DNA of 64,000 bases from Catajapyx aquilonaris (Eukaryota), in NCBI GenBank assembly GCA_000934665.2, contig KZ538043.1, positions 62,001 through 126,000 on the forward strand. The letters run 5' to 3'. A program made the translations under genes and the position numbers. The notes below the pieces were generated by a model. The model saw only the letters and a program-made list of their open reading frames with translations. It was not told the DNA's origin and did no database searches. Shown in pieces: positions 10,721 to 25,120 of this stretch. Numbering within the stretch: the first letter of the stretch is position 1; every line of letters starts with the position of its first letter.

Positions 10721-13700
10721 AATTTACTAAAACTCTGGGATTTGGGATTTTTTTACACAAATAGCTCAACCGTATAAACAATCATTCCACCACTTTTTAG
10801 CTCCAAAATGTCATTCCTCGATAAATTATCGCGGGTTTAAGTCACTCTCAAATTGGCGCGAAAAAATGGGGCGTGGCCTATAAGGGCGCATTCCGACTCC
10901 TGACATCCCCTCCCAGGGTGCGTAAGGTATAGGATATTATCTGGGTTTAAAATAAGATAAATACAATAAGGCTGGCGAGTAACGCCCATGTTGGCCTTTG
11001 GATCTGTTTTTCATGCACAATCATGTGGGGCAGGCGACAAGGTTATGTCACATTGGTCATGACCTTCCGTCGCATTTCTTAATTACGGACGTACCGGAGA
11101 GAAAAATGCCTCGCGCGTGTTGGTGCAGACATACGCCTTGGAATGACCAGCGGGTGAGGTGATAAAAAGGACACCCATGCTGGGTTAACTTGAATGGCAA
11201 GCAAACCTGGGCGGAAGTGAGCTTGTTGCTGTGCAGCCGTAACATTCTTCCTTGACAAGAAAACACGTCCACCACCCAGACTTCCTCCTCAAATAATCCG
11301 TGCAAGCAGCAATTTCGCATTAATTATTTTCTCCTGGGTCTCATTTCCGCTTGCTTAGCGACTCTAAATGTCTTCGTCCGTCACGTTGTATGTGAGGAAT
11401 GAAAAGAAACTGCAGAATCACCTTGTCCTCTGTGACCTTTTCGGGGACGAGCATCGCGTGTGTCAAACTGGGTGTAAATAATTGCAAGTTTTTTTTATTG
11501 TTCGCTTGTAAATTATGAGTCACTTGTTAACGTGTTACTGTGCATATAAACTGTTTTGCCGGTGATTTGATGGTGCGGTGGGCATGTACTGTCATTCGTG
11601 TGATGTCAATATGACGCACAAAAAATTTGTGCAGGCTACCGTAACAACATGGACCACCCATCGGTATGTTCTATGCCATAATAGCGCTGCATCTATTGGA
11701 GATAGTAGTGACACTAGACTGCAATGTATGGTTGGGTAGAGCGGCAACGATCACTCAATGCACCTGCCAGCTTGTATCTTAGCATGCATTTTTAGGCCAT
11801 CATCTTCTCAGGCTGCAAGAATAATTCACCCTCGTCTTCCTTAACACTTCTGTTGGCAGGCGATGAGAGATATATTGAGGGCAGTTTGCAAAGACTGCAC
11901 CCTTACCACTCACTCTCTGTTTTGGTTCGGGCCTTCAAACACAGCATCTTCATCCTCTCGACAACCGAGATGATGGTGAAGAGATTACCAGTTCAGAAAA
12001 CAAAAGGCCCAGCACATATTGGAAGAATCAGAGGGAATATCCATCACGCTCTTGAATATTTCATGTCCCTTGTTGAATATTGCGGTTAATGATTTACCTC
12101 GCGGGCAAATTGTCAGAGCCGAGCATTGAGAAGAAGTCATGCGTTCTAAATGCTTAAATATTTAATATGGGGACGGGGCACATCATTATTGGCCACAGGG
12201 TTAATATGGTCAACGCTGAGTCGATGCACATCACTATGGCGAATATACTGTAGGGCGGCACTATTATTACTGACGTGCAATTGAAGTGGTTAAGTAATAA
12301 GTTGGGTCATATATTCTGAAATAAACCGCGATATTTATCTACAATTTTGATCTAGTTTTATTACGACAGGTATTTATCTCAAGAGCTTAAATGATGAATC
12401 AGGTGTTTATACATATGGCGGGAAGAGTAAAAAGGGACGGGCCATGTGTTGCGGTCCTTTCTTAGTCTTCCACTACACTTCTGGCTGCTGAATGATGCTC
12501 CTAAGGCATGGGGGAAAAAGGGCTTTTGGATTCACCGACTGAAAAATTGCTCCAGACCAACAGTTTAGAAGCTTGCATTATAGAGAGCTTACGACTCAAG
12601 TGATAACAATCGCCTCCCAGGCTTCTGGGGGGGGGGGGGGCCAACACAGAGCAATATGGGTTGCATGTCCAACAGGATACGTAAGGAAGTGGGTTTCCTC
12701 TTTTGCGGCTTCAGAACAGATCTCACCTCACAAGAAAAATGATAATATCATCCTGTTTATGGGCGGATATGGCGTCCAGGAGGAAAAGTGGATGATAATG
12801 TTGGGTCGTTTGGGCCTCCCGAGTGTGAAGCTGGCTCTTTCAGGACTGTACGAGTATCTCTCCTTTTTTTACAATCTTTCTCCCCTCTTTTCCTTTTTCC
12901 CAATACATTTAGTGGTAGCAGAGGTTAAGGCCCTTCTGGTGGCCTTTTGATAAGATGGTTGTAAGCTGAATCCCAAGAGGCTTGAGTTAATCAGGCTTCA
13001 TTATTTATGATGACAGACGCTAATAGAGAACATAATAACGACAGATTGGTAGATATGGCTCAGAATGTACTCACAGTCAGTACACGAATTATGATTCCGA
13101 AACAATTTGAAGATTCATAACATCATAAGTATTTATCCGATTGCTTGTTAGAGCACAACTGCAAAAGACAGTCAAATTTTGAAATTAGATAGCGGAAGAA
13201 TAGTATTTGACAGCTGATGCCCATCTATGCCACCATTTCCAAACCAAATGGCCCATGTTGTCGTCGCTAGGCCGGAATAGCCTAACCAAATGAAAAAGGA
13301 TCCGGTCCTAAAAATTATAAATCCGTCAGCAAAACTCCGAAGCCGAAAAAGGGCTGTGTACAAAACTGGGGAGGATAAACGACCCTTTTTTTTTGATGAT
13401 CCAAAACCAGCCGACATTTTCAGAAAAAAAGGTCGTTTTTACGACTCCTGAAGAAGACCATTATCTCAGAAAAGCTGACACCCAAAGAAACCGAACCAGC
13501 AGGCCATTTTTGGCCCCCACACAGCATATATTTCAAAAAGCTTCAAAACAACAACCAAAAGTGGCCTAGGGATGCAGTTGAAATGTTCAGATCTGGATTA
13601 ATGGACACATGTTTGGGGTACCAGCCTATTGGTCCCATCGTTTCGGATTGGTTTAGAGTGTGCCTCATTGTTTGAGGGTTATGAACCCGCACAATGTGCA

Positions 13701-16700
13701 TTATGAGCCGTTTATGAGGCTCGCCGAGAGAAGAGCCGGATAAAGTACTATTATGTTTCCAATGTGAAACGGCAAATGGAGCTTTCACGTTATGGCCCAC
13801 AATGCAGTCTTCTCTCTCTCCCAATTTTTTTTTCCACTGCCCTCACTCACCCCCCTCTATCCATTCAATAAAGAGCATCCATAACGAATTGTCGTGCAGG
13901 TCAGAGGGCCATTCAGTTGGAAGCATTTCCTGCATTTTCTCATGCCATTTGAAAATGCGGCTCCCTCTTCAACATCATGCCACACGTGACACGACTTGTG
14001 TATTGGGCCCATACACGGCATGCAGTTTCCATTTCATTCATGCAAACACAGGGGCAACCCAAAAAATTTCTGGGGGGTTGAAAAAAAAATGCAGACTAGC
14101 CTGGTAAAGCTATTGGACTTGGAATCCAGACAAGTGGATTTCATCGGAAAATAGGGGTTCAGTGTCCCAAAGTCCATAAAGCCGTCCCTTCTTTTCTGGC
14201 CATTGCTTGCTTATAAAATACTTGTACAAGGGCAGGGGCACGAGTCTCCCCACGATGAGGCTGCCACTCGGCCAGGGGGTGCTTGGGGACATGACATCTT
14301 TCAGCACTCGAGTTTCGTCATCTGCTGAACGAGTCCTTTTCGAGACCCCCGCCATGAGCTGCAGACATCACGGGGAGAGATGTAGGCGAAAGAGTGAGGA
14401 CAAAAAGGGGTTCTGTGAACGAGCCCACAGGTTTTCATACCTTTAATGTCCGGCTACATGCTGCGAAAAGTGGGTAAAAATGAAGAGGAATACAGTAAAG
14501 GTCATCCAGTTCTGTGAAATGCCGTATAGGCTATGTCGAGTACTGTAGTAAAATGTTTGTAAATAAATTATTTTACAAAGGATAAGCATAATGCGTAATG
14601 TCCGCACCGGAAAGTGTTATCATTACAGACCATAAAGGCTAAATAAATTATCGTGCGGCTGGGCTTCTTCCGAAAGGAGGCGGATGAGGTCTGTAAGTTA
14701 ATATATCAGAGAGGGCAATGCCAAGGGCGATATTTAGCAATGTACTGTATACATACTGTATAGTGGGTAAGGTTACTTCCATTGATAAAAGTGTGATTTA
14801 AAGGATGTGGCTTGCATCACTGAGTTTATTACTCAATGACATGTAGTACTAAAATATATACTGTAACGTGTAGTTTTGCACGAAAAAGATGGAACAAATT
14901 AGAGCATGTAGGTGAAGGATGCATGCAATTTCACAATTTAATTCGACGTTAATGGCTTCATTTGCAGCAAAATGCACTGGGTGTCCTAAAAGCTTTGAAT
15001 GGCTCTATACACTCATGACCTTAGTTGCCTCGACATCGTGATAAATCTCAGCACCTTTTCACACTAAACAGCAGCTTTCAAAGCGCAATTAATGACAGAT
15101 GCGTCACAGTGTCAAAGCACCTTTTGTACATAATCCCCATTTTTTGGATGTCCCAATCCCTCGAAGAAGGTCGCATCTCCTTTTGTCCACTGCATCTGAC
15201 CCACTCCTAATGACCTTTCCCTCCCGGACAAAGTAAGATAGATCGTATTTTTTGGGGTGGGTTGAAAACCTTTCCCATCGGATGGCATTCCGACATGTAA
15301 GCCTCCGCAGCTGCTTTAGATCAAAAAAACTAGGGGGCCAATGAGTGAAATATGATGACCGGTCTCTGACGTCGTTAGTTCTCCACCGCCTACAACTCTC
15401 CGATTGACATCTTCCTCAGGAGAAGGGCTGGTTCCATTAAAAACGCTCGCAATATTTCTTCTCCTAGAATCAAGCACAATGTGGCAGCCCTCCCCTGCTG
15501 ATCCTCACCCAACCGGGGAGGTCACTATTGTCCACCAGGATATACCTATAGGGGGAGAGAGGCAACAACTGTGTCCCGCTGGGGCATGAAGATTCACCCG
15601 GGTGGAGATAATGGCGTGCCAGGTTTTCGCACTTGGTCCATTCTTGTACCAGCTTTTATCTGAGGGACGAGGCAATGGGCAGCCGAGGGTCTATTCAATA
15701 CAGACACCGGAGTTCTCTCTTTTTTTTGTGTGTTCGTGAGTGTGCACATGGGAGAGATGATGTTGTCAAGCGCCATCTTTTCACAGCATGCAGGGTTCAG
15801 ATTATTTCGAGCACTGGTGCTGTCCGTCGTTAAGCCAGGAGAGCGATGCGGCCCCACATGAATAGTAATAAAAAAAATCAAAATAGGAGTAAAAGAGATG
15901 GGGGATCTGGCTGATAAAATGGGGGGAAGGTGCAGGGTTGGGTGGCAATCTGGACTTCTTCAGAGGCTGGCTACTGATGGTGCTGGTTGTATGGGTGGGC
16001 CGAGTGAGTGTTGGGATGCTGATGATGAGTCTGGCAAAGTACGTCCATAATCATGGCTTTTCCCACACCGTTTGTGTCTGGAGAGTATACTTCATAGTGT
16101 GCTCCCAAAGAAACCCTGCGTGGTACTATTTAAAAAAATAAACAAATAAAAATGTGGAGCGTCTGAGAATATACAGTCATATCTGAACTCCATACTAGCT
16201 TAAAAATGATAACGACGACGTTGACCTAACAAGAGAGTTGAGTCAGTTGAATGTCATTCAGGATGCTATTTTCCAGGAGGTCAAAATGTGAGAATGCAAG
16301 CTAACAATGCATTTCTCTTCACGTATGTCAGTGTGTGAGTATTCATTCGTGTTCATTTTTGTGGTGATATGAATCATGCAGTGCAAGTGCGACCAGAGAA
16401 AGCACCTCGGAGTGGGTTGAATATGACTATTTTTTTGTACGGAACATGTACGGATACATCACAGCACAGGGGCGTAGATTAAATTGGGGCACTCATGAAA
16501 CTTGTTTCGTATAAGTGGGCCTTTGTATTCTTTCTGGTTCGGGCAGGTTGTCATGATGCACTTTTGGGCAGTTCAAGAGGACCAGTTGCATTCAGACTGT
16601 TGTTTTAATGCAAATATTAACTGGTTGGAAAGTTCAATAATGTTGATGAACATGTGCACGTTCATGTGGTCAAGTTATGTTTGGCATATTATAGTCACAA

Positions 16701-19700
16701 CATCCTTTCCACAGGAAAAGAAACGGTATTCCGACCACAGCATCCCATACATACTTTGACACACAATTTCCTCCGACCGGGGAAAACATGAATAAGACCA
16801 ACCACAAATGTGTCATGATCAATGGGATAGCGGGTCATTGAGCCAAAAGACTGCTACACATCCGGGCACTAATAGCACAACCAGTCTATATCCTTCCAGA
16901 TTAAGTGTGTAGGTTTTCCTTCCTTCACACTCATCCCATTGTATCGTCGTGCCATATGATTCAACCGGTTTGTGTTCCGTTGCTGGAAAGAGTTTCACGC
17001 TTTTGAAGCCTTGCTAGTTACTGCTAGAAACACGGTCCGGAACCTCCCACTTCCGCGGTGCCCTCTTTTCAAACAGAGGGTGGTCCAGGCACGAGGACAG
17101 ATGCAGATGTGTTTAGGCCCGGTCCCGAAATTTTGGCCCTCCCAACATGGTGTATAATCGTTCGAAAAAAAAAAACATTGGGAAAAGCCTGGAGGGAAAC
17201 TCATCGTCCAGGGTCCGGAGTGGAATCCGGAGCCGGCTGATTGATCACCTCTGGCCCTACTGCAAAAGATGCCAGCTCGGATTACGCCCGGCCTGACACC
17301 TCTGCCTCAAGAACCCCCCTCTTACATCTTCATACAAGAAGAGTGAATGGGACGCCGGGTCCTATTGTCAACTGCCAGATATCCGCACCCTTGTTGCCGA
17401 ATTGACACTCTACAGAATGTGTATGACAATTATTGACACGGCTCTTAAAGGTCATCACTTATAAAATTGGCTAGGCTATCACCAACGTGCACGTAGTTAC
17501 CATTTGGTGGCAGTAGTGTGCAGAGAGGGAGGATCCGCGCCATCTGTTTGTCGCATATCAAGTGAGCGGCGGCCAAATTTTGGCACTAATAGTAGACATA
17601 GGGTTGACAATAATCGTCCAGCCCTAATATCAGTTCACTAAAATTTCCGAGAGTGATTGTGAGGGTACGGCACTGTTGTTTAGCTGGCCCCATAATGGGT
17701 GCTAAACTCCCTCGAAAAAGTGTCCGCTCGGAAGCAAACAAGGAATAGGGCTGGCCACAATGAATTGGGTCGGGGTGTAGGGTGGCGGGTATAAATCATT
17801 TGGGATGGGGTGGGTTTTTGGCCGCGGAAAAAGGCTCCCGGGTCACACTCGGGTACTGGGGAGGTTGAATTAATTAGGGGTGGGGATTCATTGGGATTAG
17901 GAGGAGATGGGTTAGAGGGGGGAACATCTCTCCGGTTTTATTGGATGACATGTTTGGTCTAATAGAGTTGTTTCGTGGCATTTGTGAGGCCAAGACTGAA
18001 AATTCGGGTTTGCTGGCTCATTTTGAATACCACCAGCGATAAGCAGAAAGATTTATAGAGAAACTAGCTAAAAACCGTCAAAGTGTGAATATAACGTGTA
18101 AATTTGACTGAATATCCATGGAAATAATCCCACCTAACAAAGCCAGTAGTTTGCAGGTGCATGATGGAAGATACGGGTCGAAAAGTGATAATTTGTTTGT
18201 CCGTTCGTGCGAATATTAGCAGCGTTATTGGCGAATCTGTTCCGGCGTTCCGATTTACTGGCTGCTGCCCCAGCCATACTCGACTTTGTGAAAATATTTA
18301 TTTGTTGATACAAGGGCCGAGTGCAAATGTTTGAAAATAGGTTATGGATATGGGGAAATGCTTCCTCTCCACTTCTGCGAGCACAAAATTTGTTGTTGAT
18401 CATCTCTGCCATATTACACTAGTTGTCATGTGATGTTAACCCAGCACCCCCCACTCTGAACTCGTAAATCGAAAAGCCTGGGGGGTGCAAACGCTATTGA
18501 CGCACAACCCGATTAACAATGCATGATTGTTTGGGGATTCCGTGTAATACGATCATGCCAACCCATATCGCCAATTTTGTCTCATTTATCTCCATTGATT
18601 TCCCCCCTGCGAGACAGCGACGGGAATTATTAGCGGCAGTTTTTTTCTCTCACCCTTCCATCATTGCGTGATTACAACTCTTCAAGAATGAAAGCAGACG
18701 TCGCACTCCTCAATTTTCCCTGTCACATTAGGGTTGACAAAAGGGAGAGAAGGGAGGGGAAAAGTGCCGCCGCTTCTAACTTCAGAGGTGTAATGTCATT
18801 CCTTTCTATAACTCCTGGCCTTGCTGTGTGACAGTCAACTTATTGATAGCTGGCCTGTATATATAGCGTGTATGCGATATTAATGTACGGTAGGTAAAAA
18901 ATGGACCATGGCAAATTGGCAAAACCACGATAACGTTCGTTGACCTGCGGCGCACAAGACGGACAGCATTGTTGGCGTGTACACAACCCACAATAAGCGC
19001 ACATCTCGCTGACGCTTGCAATTAATTAAAATAATCGGGAAAATGCGACGTACTGTGCCTGGCTGGGCCACAAGTCGGACAATACTGGTGCGGTCACCAT
19101 AACCCCATACAGATGACACCAACACGCGCAGGGAGAGTAAAATTTAATTACTTCCCTTTTCCTTTCCGAGGACCTGACTTTATATTTAGCTGTGACATTA
19201 TTACCCTGCACCATGTGCTACATATTTATGCAAATATTCGTATGAAATTTGTGAAATAGTTGCTTCATGATACCGCCTACCATTTGGATCTAACATGTAA
19301 ACAGGAGTGGATCATCACACCTTGAACCAGGACCCCATCCTGGGCAAACTGGACCAACACACATGGTCCTTTTACCCCCCACCCAAAAAGCTCCCCCCAC
19401 CCAGTTCAGCACCCTAGTAGCAGGGTGTCGGGACCATCTGCGCGTCAGGAGACCTTTGTGCGACTCTTGATAAAGTGATCAGCGGGGGTAGTCCAATAGA
19501 GCCATCCCAGGACCCCCCCTCTTTTGCTACACCCTATACACACACAGGGAGGCTCTTCTGCCTTTAACCCACCCCACACAGTTTACTGTATGGATATACC
19601 GCCATTTAGCATACGAGTTATAGCCAGGGTCGACCCCATACATATGAAAATTATTCTTCCCTTCCCCTCCCACCAATGGCTGTAACATTTGGATTTGCCA

Positions 19701-22700
19701 AGGAGACGTTGCCAACTTTTGGGAAGTGCGTAACTTTTCCAGATAAAAAATGTCGGCATTATCTAATCTTCCGAGACACACACACACACAGAGAGAAAAC
19801 ATTCTTTCCGGATTCTTTCATAGGAACTCGTCCCATTAGGCCGATTTAAGTTGATAGTAGCTTCTTAGAAAAGGAACTAAACTGATACTACAAAAAGTTC
19901 GTAATAATGCGTATCCGGCACGGAATGAAAAGTCTGCACAAAAAAAAAGTCGATGTGACAACCCCCCCTAATTTTTTTATATTACATCCCTTCCCCCTTT
20001 GCCCCCCATTCCCTTTGTAGATTAGCGTGATCCAAATCCTTGCGATCTTCCCCGTATGACAAATGACAACTTGTATCAAAGCTTGGTGTAAATCAGTTCC
20101 CCTTTACCGGATCCAAAAAGCCAGATGCCTTTTTTGGGCCATGGGGGGGTCACCCTCTCTGTACCCGCGGGGATTCTCTTTTCAGGGTTGACCTCACGCC
20201 CAGTTGTGACCCGCCGCTATGTTAAATAATGAGGTTACTTTTGCGGTTAACGAAAATTCTTTCATGAAGTTGTTAAGCCTCTTTTTTTGTGTGTACTTGA
20301 CTACCTGAAAGTGCTTTCGATAATTTTCTTTCAAAATGCGGAAGCGGTGGATTTTGCGGTGTTTTTTTCCCCCTTCTCTTCTTTTTAAAGGGGGGCTAAG
20401 GAGAGAAGGGGGAGATCATTTTTGATACCCCGTCAACTTCTTTATCTGGTTATTGATCTATTGCACCTCGTTCGGAATGATTGATGGACTTTTCTGCTCT
20501 CCTTTTTTTTCCGCGGGGGGAGGGGGGGGGAGGGCGTGGGGAAAAACCGCGCGGTTAGATAGTACCCGTTCACTAAATTTTTACAAGAGTGATTAGGTTT
20601 TGGGACACGCCGACAATCATGGCCATGCCATAAATCTTCTATAACTTCGAACACTGGAGAGTAAGGAATAACAGTTATTTTTCCAGTATTTTGCAATAAG
20701 GCCTATTATCATGTTTCAGTAATGAGTCCAGCAGCAGCATCCGTAAAATAATAATTTGTTCAGAATTTGTGAAATTTATTTATAAACTGTTGTGTGGGTA
20801 GTAATAGCCGCTAATAATGTACTAGGTTTACATTATATTGAAAGTAAGAAAATCCACAATATTGATAAAATGCATGAGGCGAATACCATCAAAATTAATT
20901 AAAAATGACCTGCAAGTGCCTGTTATTGTAGCCATATAACTGTTTATATGATGTAGATTGTAGAATATGTGAATTAATATTTAATTACGCTACTGGGAAA
21001 ATTTTTTCCGGGTTTACCCCGTAGTAAATATTTTTCAAATTACAACACAATTTTATTCATCGATGAATAAATTGCGCAAAAAGTAGGCTAACTCAATTTT
21101 TTATTTACATCCATTGCCCTTTGCCTATAAGATGTTAATTCTCGAACTTCCACTACACCTTTCCTCACCTGCACAAAACAATTAAACGACCACCATACTT
21201 CAATGTAACGAATCGACCGCATAAGGAGTCTTGACTTTGAGCGATAAACTAGCCCGATAAATCCTGAAATTACAGCACGCACTTGATATTGCGTCCGCAC
21301 TTCTTTTTTCTCAAGACCCCACCCATTTACTCAAACACGCAAAAGAAAAAAACCGCTCCAAATAAAAACTGCCATTCCTAAGAAGAAATGGGGGAAGATT
21401 TTACAAGAAGGGTGTCACCGTTAGCACCCCCTCCTAGCAAAAGCGGCACATTTTTTTTTTTAGGATGGTGGGGGGAAAGTCTCAGCTTCTTCTCACAGAA
21501 GAGGCGGATGACCCAGGGTCGGGGGTGACCATTAATCACCGTCTTCCCCAGGAGGAAGGGACTGACAAACCAATTAAAAAGCGACCGATCGCCCCATGAC
21601 TTGTCTTACGTTTGAAAGAACCGCCATGGTTATGTCCCCTTCTGACAAAGACACTTTCTGTTGCTAACTGAATATTCCGAGTGCATTGACTGGTTTGACC
21701 ATTACTTGGCTGGACCGATAACCTGCAGCCAATTTTTATGGAGCGAAATGTGATACTTGGGAGTAGAGAGATGTAGCTTCAGTTTTTACGACTTTTGGAC
21801 CTACTGTAATGGTTGCAGGTGCCGGACATGAGCACGTGTGCGGCAGGTCAGCAAGAGGTCACGGCACCGGGGAAGAAAAGTGTCGGAATTACGCAGATAA
21901 ACGGGGGGATATGCGAATGGGCCATGAAGTTGCGAGGGATCAAAGAGACGGTTCTTTCTGTGGTTTAGCTTACCATGGTGTTATAGCAAAAAAAAACTGA
22001 AAGAGGATGAGCTACTCAGTCCTTTTGGTATAATGACCATGCGAAATTTTTAAAATATTTTGTGGCGTGCTCCAAACTTATCGCACTCTAATTAACTCTA
22101 GCCAGATATGCCCGACAGTACTGTATACAGATTTGTGGGGAAAACTGCTCGAAACAATAATTTAATTTTTCGTAAATTAATTTGACATTTATTATCAATT
22201 AGATCCAGCCTCGAACTGTGGAGTGTCTGTTGGCCACGTGCTATATAGCCCACTGACATTAGTTTCGCCTGATTATAAACAGATTATTTCCTCTGATAAA
22301 TATGGCAGTAAATAACATGATTGTACTAATCAAACTCGTCGCTGCCACCGTCAACAACTCGACATGGAAACCACAGCGACCCTGATTGGTTCCTATATTT
22401 CTCGGACTCGATGTTGTCTTTTCAACACAGTCAGTAGTTGTGTGGGAGCTGAAGGAAATAATAAAAGGAGACATAAAAGAGGGGCACTGTGCACATTGCT
22501 GGGGGGTGTCACGTGTTTTTCCCTGACATGCACTGTTAACCCAACGCCTGCCGAATGTCGGCAGAAGGAACGACCCTTCCACGACCTCTGCTTATTGACG
22601 CTGAGACCTCCGGATTCCGGGGTAATTGGGGTGACAGTGTGGCTTGTGCTCAACCCAGCCGGCTGTTTCTCCCTCGAGACACTCAACACCGGCAGCAAAA

Positions 22701-25022
22701 AGTTGAAGGGGGGACACCATGCTTCGGCATGTTAGGCAAATCATACAATATTTTCTTTTTGCGATTGCCAAAACCCACTTGGGTCCAACGTTTGGCGTGT
22801 GTCTTTCCTGGCGTGTCAATTAGCCTTATCTGCATTGCCATTACATTTATTTAGGTCGTGCGCGGGCGTGCACACGACGCAGTGCCGGATGGGTTCAGAA
22901 GCCAAGATAAAGGGCAGGGGCGATAATTACCCCAGGGGCGGCCTCTACCCACCCCACCCACCCCAGGACCCCCCCCCCTCCCAACACGCGCAACTTTCTT
23001 CATCCAACTGACATACCACTTAATGTCACCCACATAATTCGACTGTGTTCTAGGATTATCATACTTCATTTACCATGACCGGAAGGTTGGACCTTGTGAC
23101 CCTTTCGGAGGGTGGGCATCCGGTGCGCATATCCCGATGAATACCTTAGGATTTAATCGGGACGTATTGGCGACGGAGGTCTTCCGGAGGAGACCTACCT
23201 TTGATACATGCTTCAGATGGGTGGGGTCTGATATGCACATGAGCGTGGAGATTGGAGGCGACATTACGCTGAGTGCGCCCGTGTCATTATTCATGAGATA
23301 TGGACAAGTGTGCACTGCATCTCAAATTGTTCACGTAATGTCTCAGCGGTCTTTCAAACCAGGACAAAATAGTTGCAACGTAGGACAGAAGGGGCGGGCT
23401 CGTAATTGGGCCTGCATGCGAGGTCAGCGTTTGTAGCCGGAGCTGTGATGGGAGCTTGACAAGGCATGTCGGCCTCTGACCTGACCCCTGGCATCCCGGG
23501 AATGAAAACCGAGACTAGAGAACCGGCGGCTCCGGACGTGATATTCCCGCTGCAAGAAAGCTCCGGCTGATTTAACCTTGTCTACTTCAGTTTGCGTCGG
23601 GCTTCAACTATGAAATCAGCCTGTTCCGTCTCCAGTTTCTTTGTCCCGTCTTAAAACAACGTGCATGAATCGGACACGAGAAAATGTCTGTAGAAATATG
23701 TGTCACCAAAACAGGAACAAGGTGTTCTGTTACCCCCAGCTGCATGGTTTAGGAAGGACTGGAATCACTTAGCCGGTTTGGAAGAAGTGTTGACCCCGGT
23801 CACTGACAACTGGAAGCCACCTTGGGATGCACGGCCTGTTTGGGATGGGCCCAAGAAGAGATCCCCGCAGCGTGCGGTCAGTGGCTTCCGCTTCTTGTGC
23901 CCCTAGTTCTTGGAAACAAGCGGGGGTCTTTTGCTGCTTGATGACCCTTTGCTCCATGTGCTCCGCATTAGTGCGAAACTACGGGGGGTCACAGGGATTG
24001 TACTGTTTTAGGATGCCTCCCCAGATGACTTCCAGGCCCCGGGGTGGTCATCCTTTGTGAACTTCCTTTGACACTGGAGGTGTTGGGTTCGGGAGGCGTG
24101 CGAGGTACAAGGCTTCTCAGATTCTCAGATTGTTGCAAGTAACGGAAAAGTCGGGATTCGAACCAGGGACTTCCGGGCAAGAATCTATAGCGTATGAGTA
24201 ACTCTTTACGAACCGCATGAATGGTCTCATCATCGTCGCCACATGTGCTATTACTCCAATCCGCTCTCCAATCTATCAATCTTTTTCCGCATTCCCACAA
24301 GAGGGGGACTTCCCCTCGACAGCTTCTGGAGCCAAAGTTCCAAACAACAGCATCATTCATCTGGAGTCAAGCAAGTGACAATCAAAAGAACACGACTGTT
24401 TCTCAATCATCATGTCCACTTATACGGCTTCAGATATACCCACTAATAGTTCTCCCCCTCCTAAAACACACACACAAAAATTAACTTTTCCTTCATCACA
24501 AAAGGAACAGATCGGGTTGAGGAACTTCTCTTAGGCGCTCCCCGGGCAACGAACCTCGACTATATACACCTGACAAATTAGCGGCGGGGACTGGGGAACA
24601 ACAGACGTGTTTGTCACCTGAAGGTGGGTGGGGGAGGGAAAACCAGTGTAAGGATTCCGTCGCCCCCCAAAACTCATCAAAGTTCCAGCAGGAGAAGAAT
24701 ATGATTGCCATCTCTGGCGGGGACCAGTGTTTGCCAAAACCAATTCCTTCCCACGCCGAGTAGTTATCTTCCACGAACCCAACTTAGAGATCAAGGGGCT
24801 TCGGATATTTAATTACTTCGCTGTTTCTATGCCAGTCGACTGCGTAAAAACCGATCCCGGAGACTCAAAGATTCAGTTCCCTACCAGCCCTCCCTTGTAT
24901 AGCTACCCCCTGGAGTTTCGTCACGTCCTGAGGGACATAAAAGAATTTTTTGAATATATAGACACTGCAGAACAATTCGGGTTAGTTCATTCAGCCGGAG
25001 ATTTTGTGATTCACTAATTAAA

Positions 25023-25120
25023 TTTGCACCAGGTAGGCTACATATATCCAGTATTTGTAGCCTACTTTAAAAAAAATCGTACAAGTACTGGTTAGATGTA
25101 GCCTATATACCTGGTGCGAA
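25023..25120. repeat. About 100-bp fold-back palindrome (MITE-like hairpin)
   Basis: Left arm TTTGCACCAGGTA----GGCTACATATATCCAGTATTTGTA versus right-arm reverse complement TTCGCACCAGGTATATAGGCTACATCTAACCAGTACTTGTA, with a spacer of about 20 nt. Confidence 0.75.

Noticed and set aside
12139..12165. ATG CGT TCT AAA (MRSK) as the Prdm3/16 first coding exon
   Set aside because: It continues CLNI-stop with no ARKL-like residues and no phase-1 splice donor.
13255..13580. Possible TIR element bounded by CTAGGCC / GGCCTAG
   Set aside because: Only about 7-10 bp of inverted match and no TSD.
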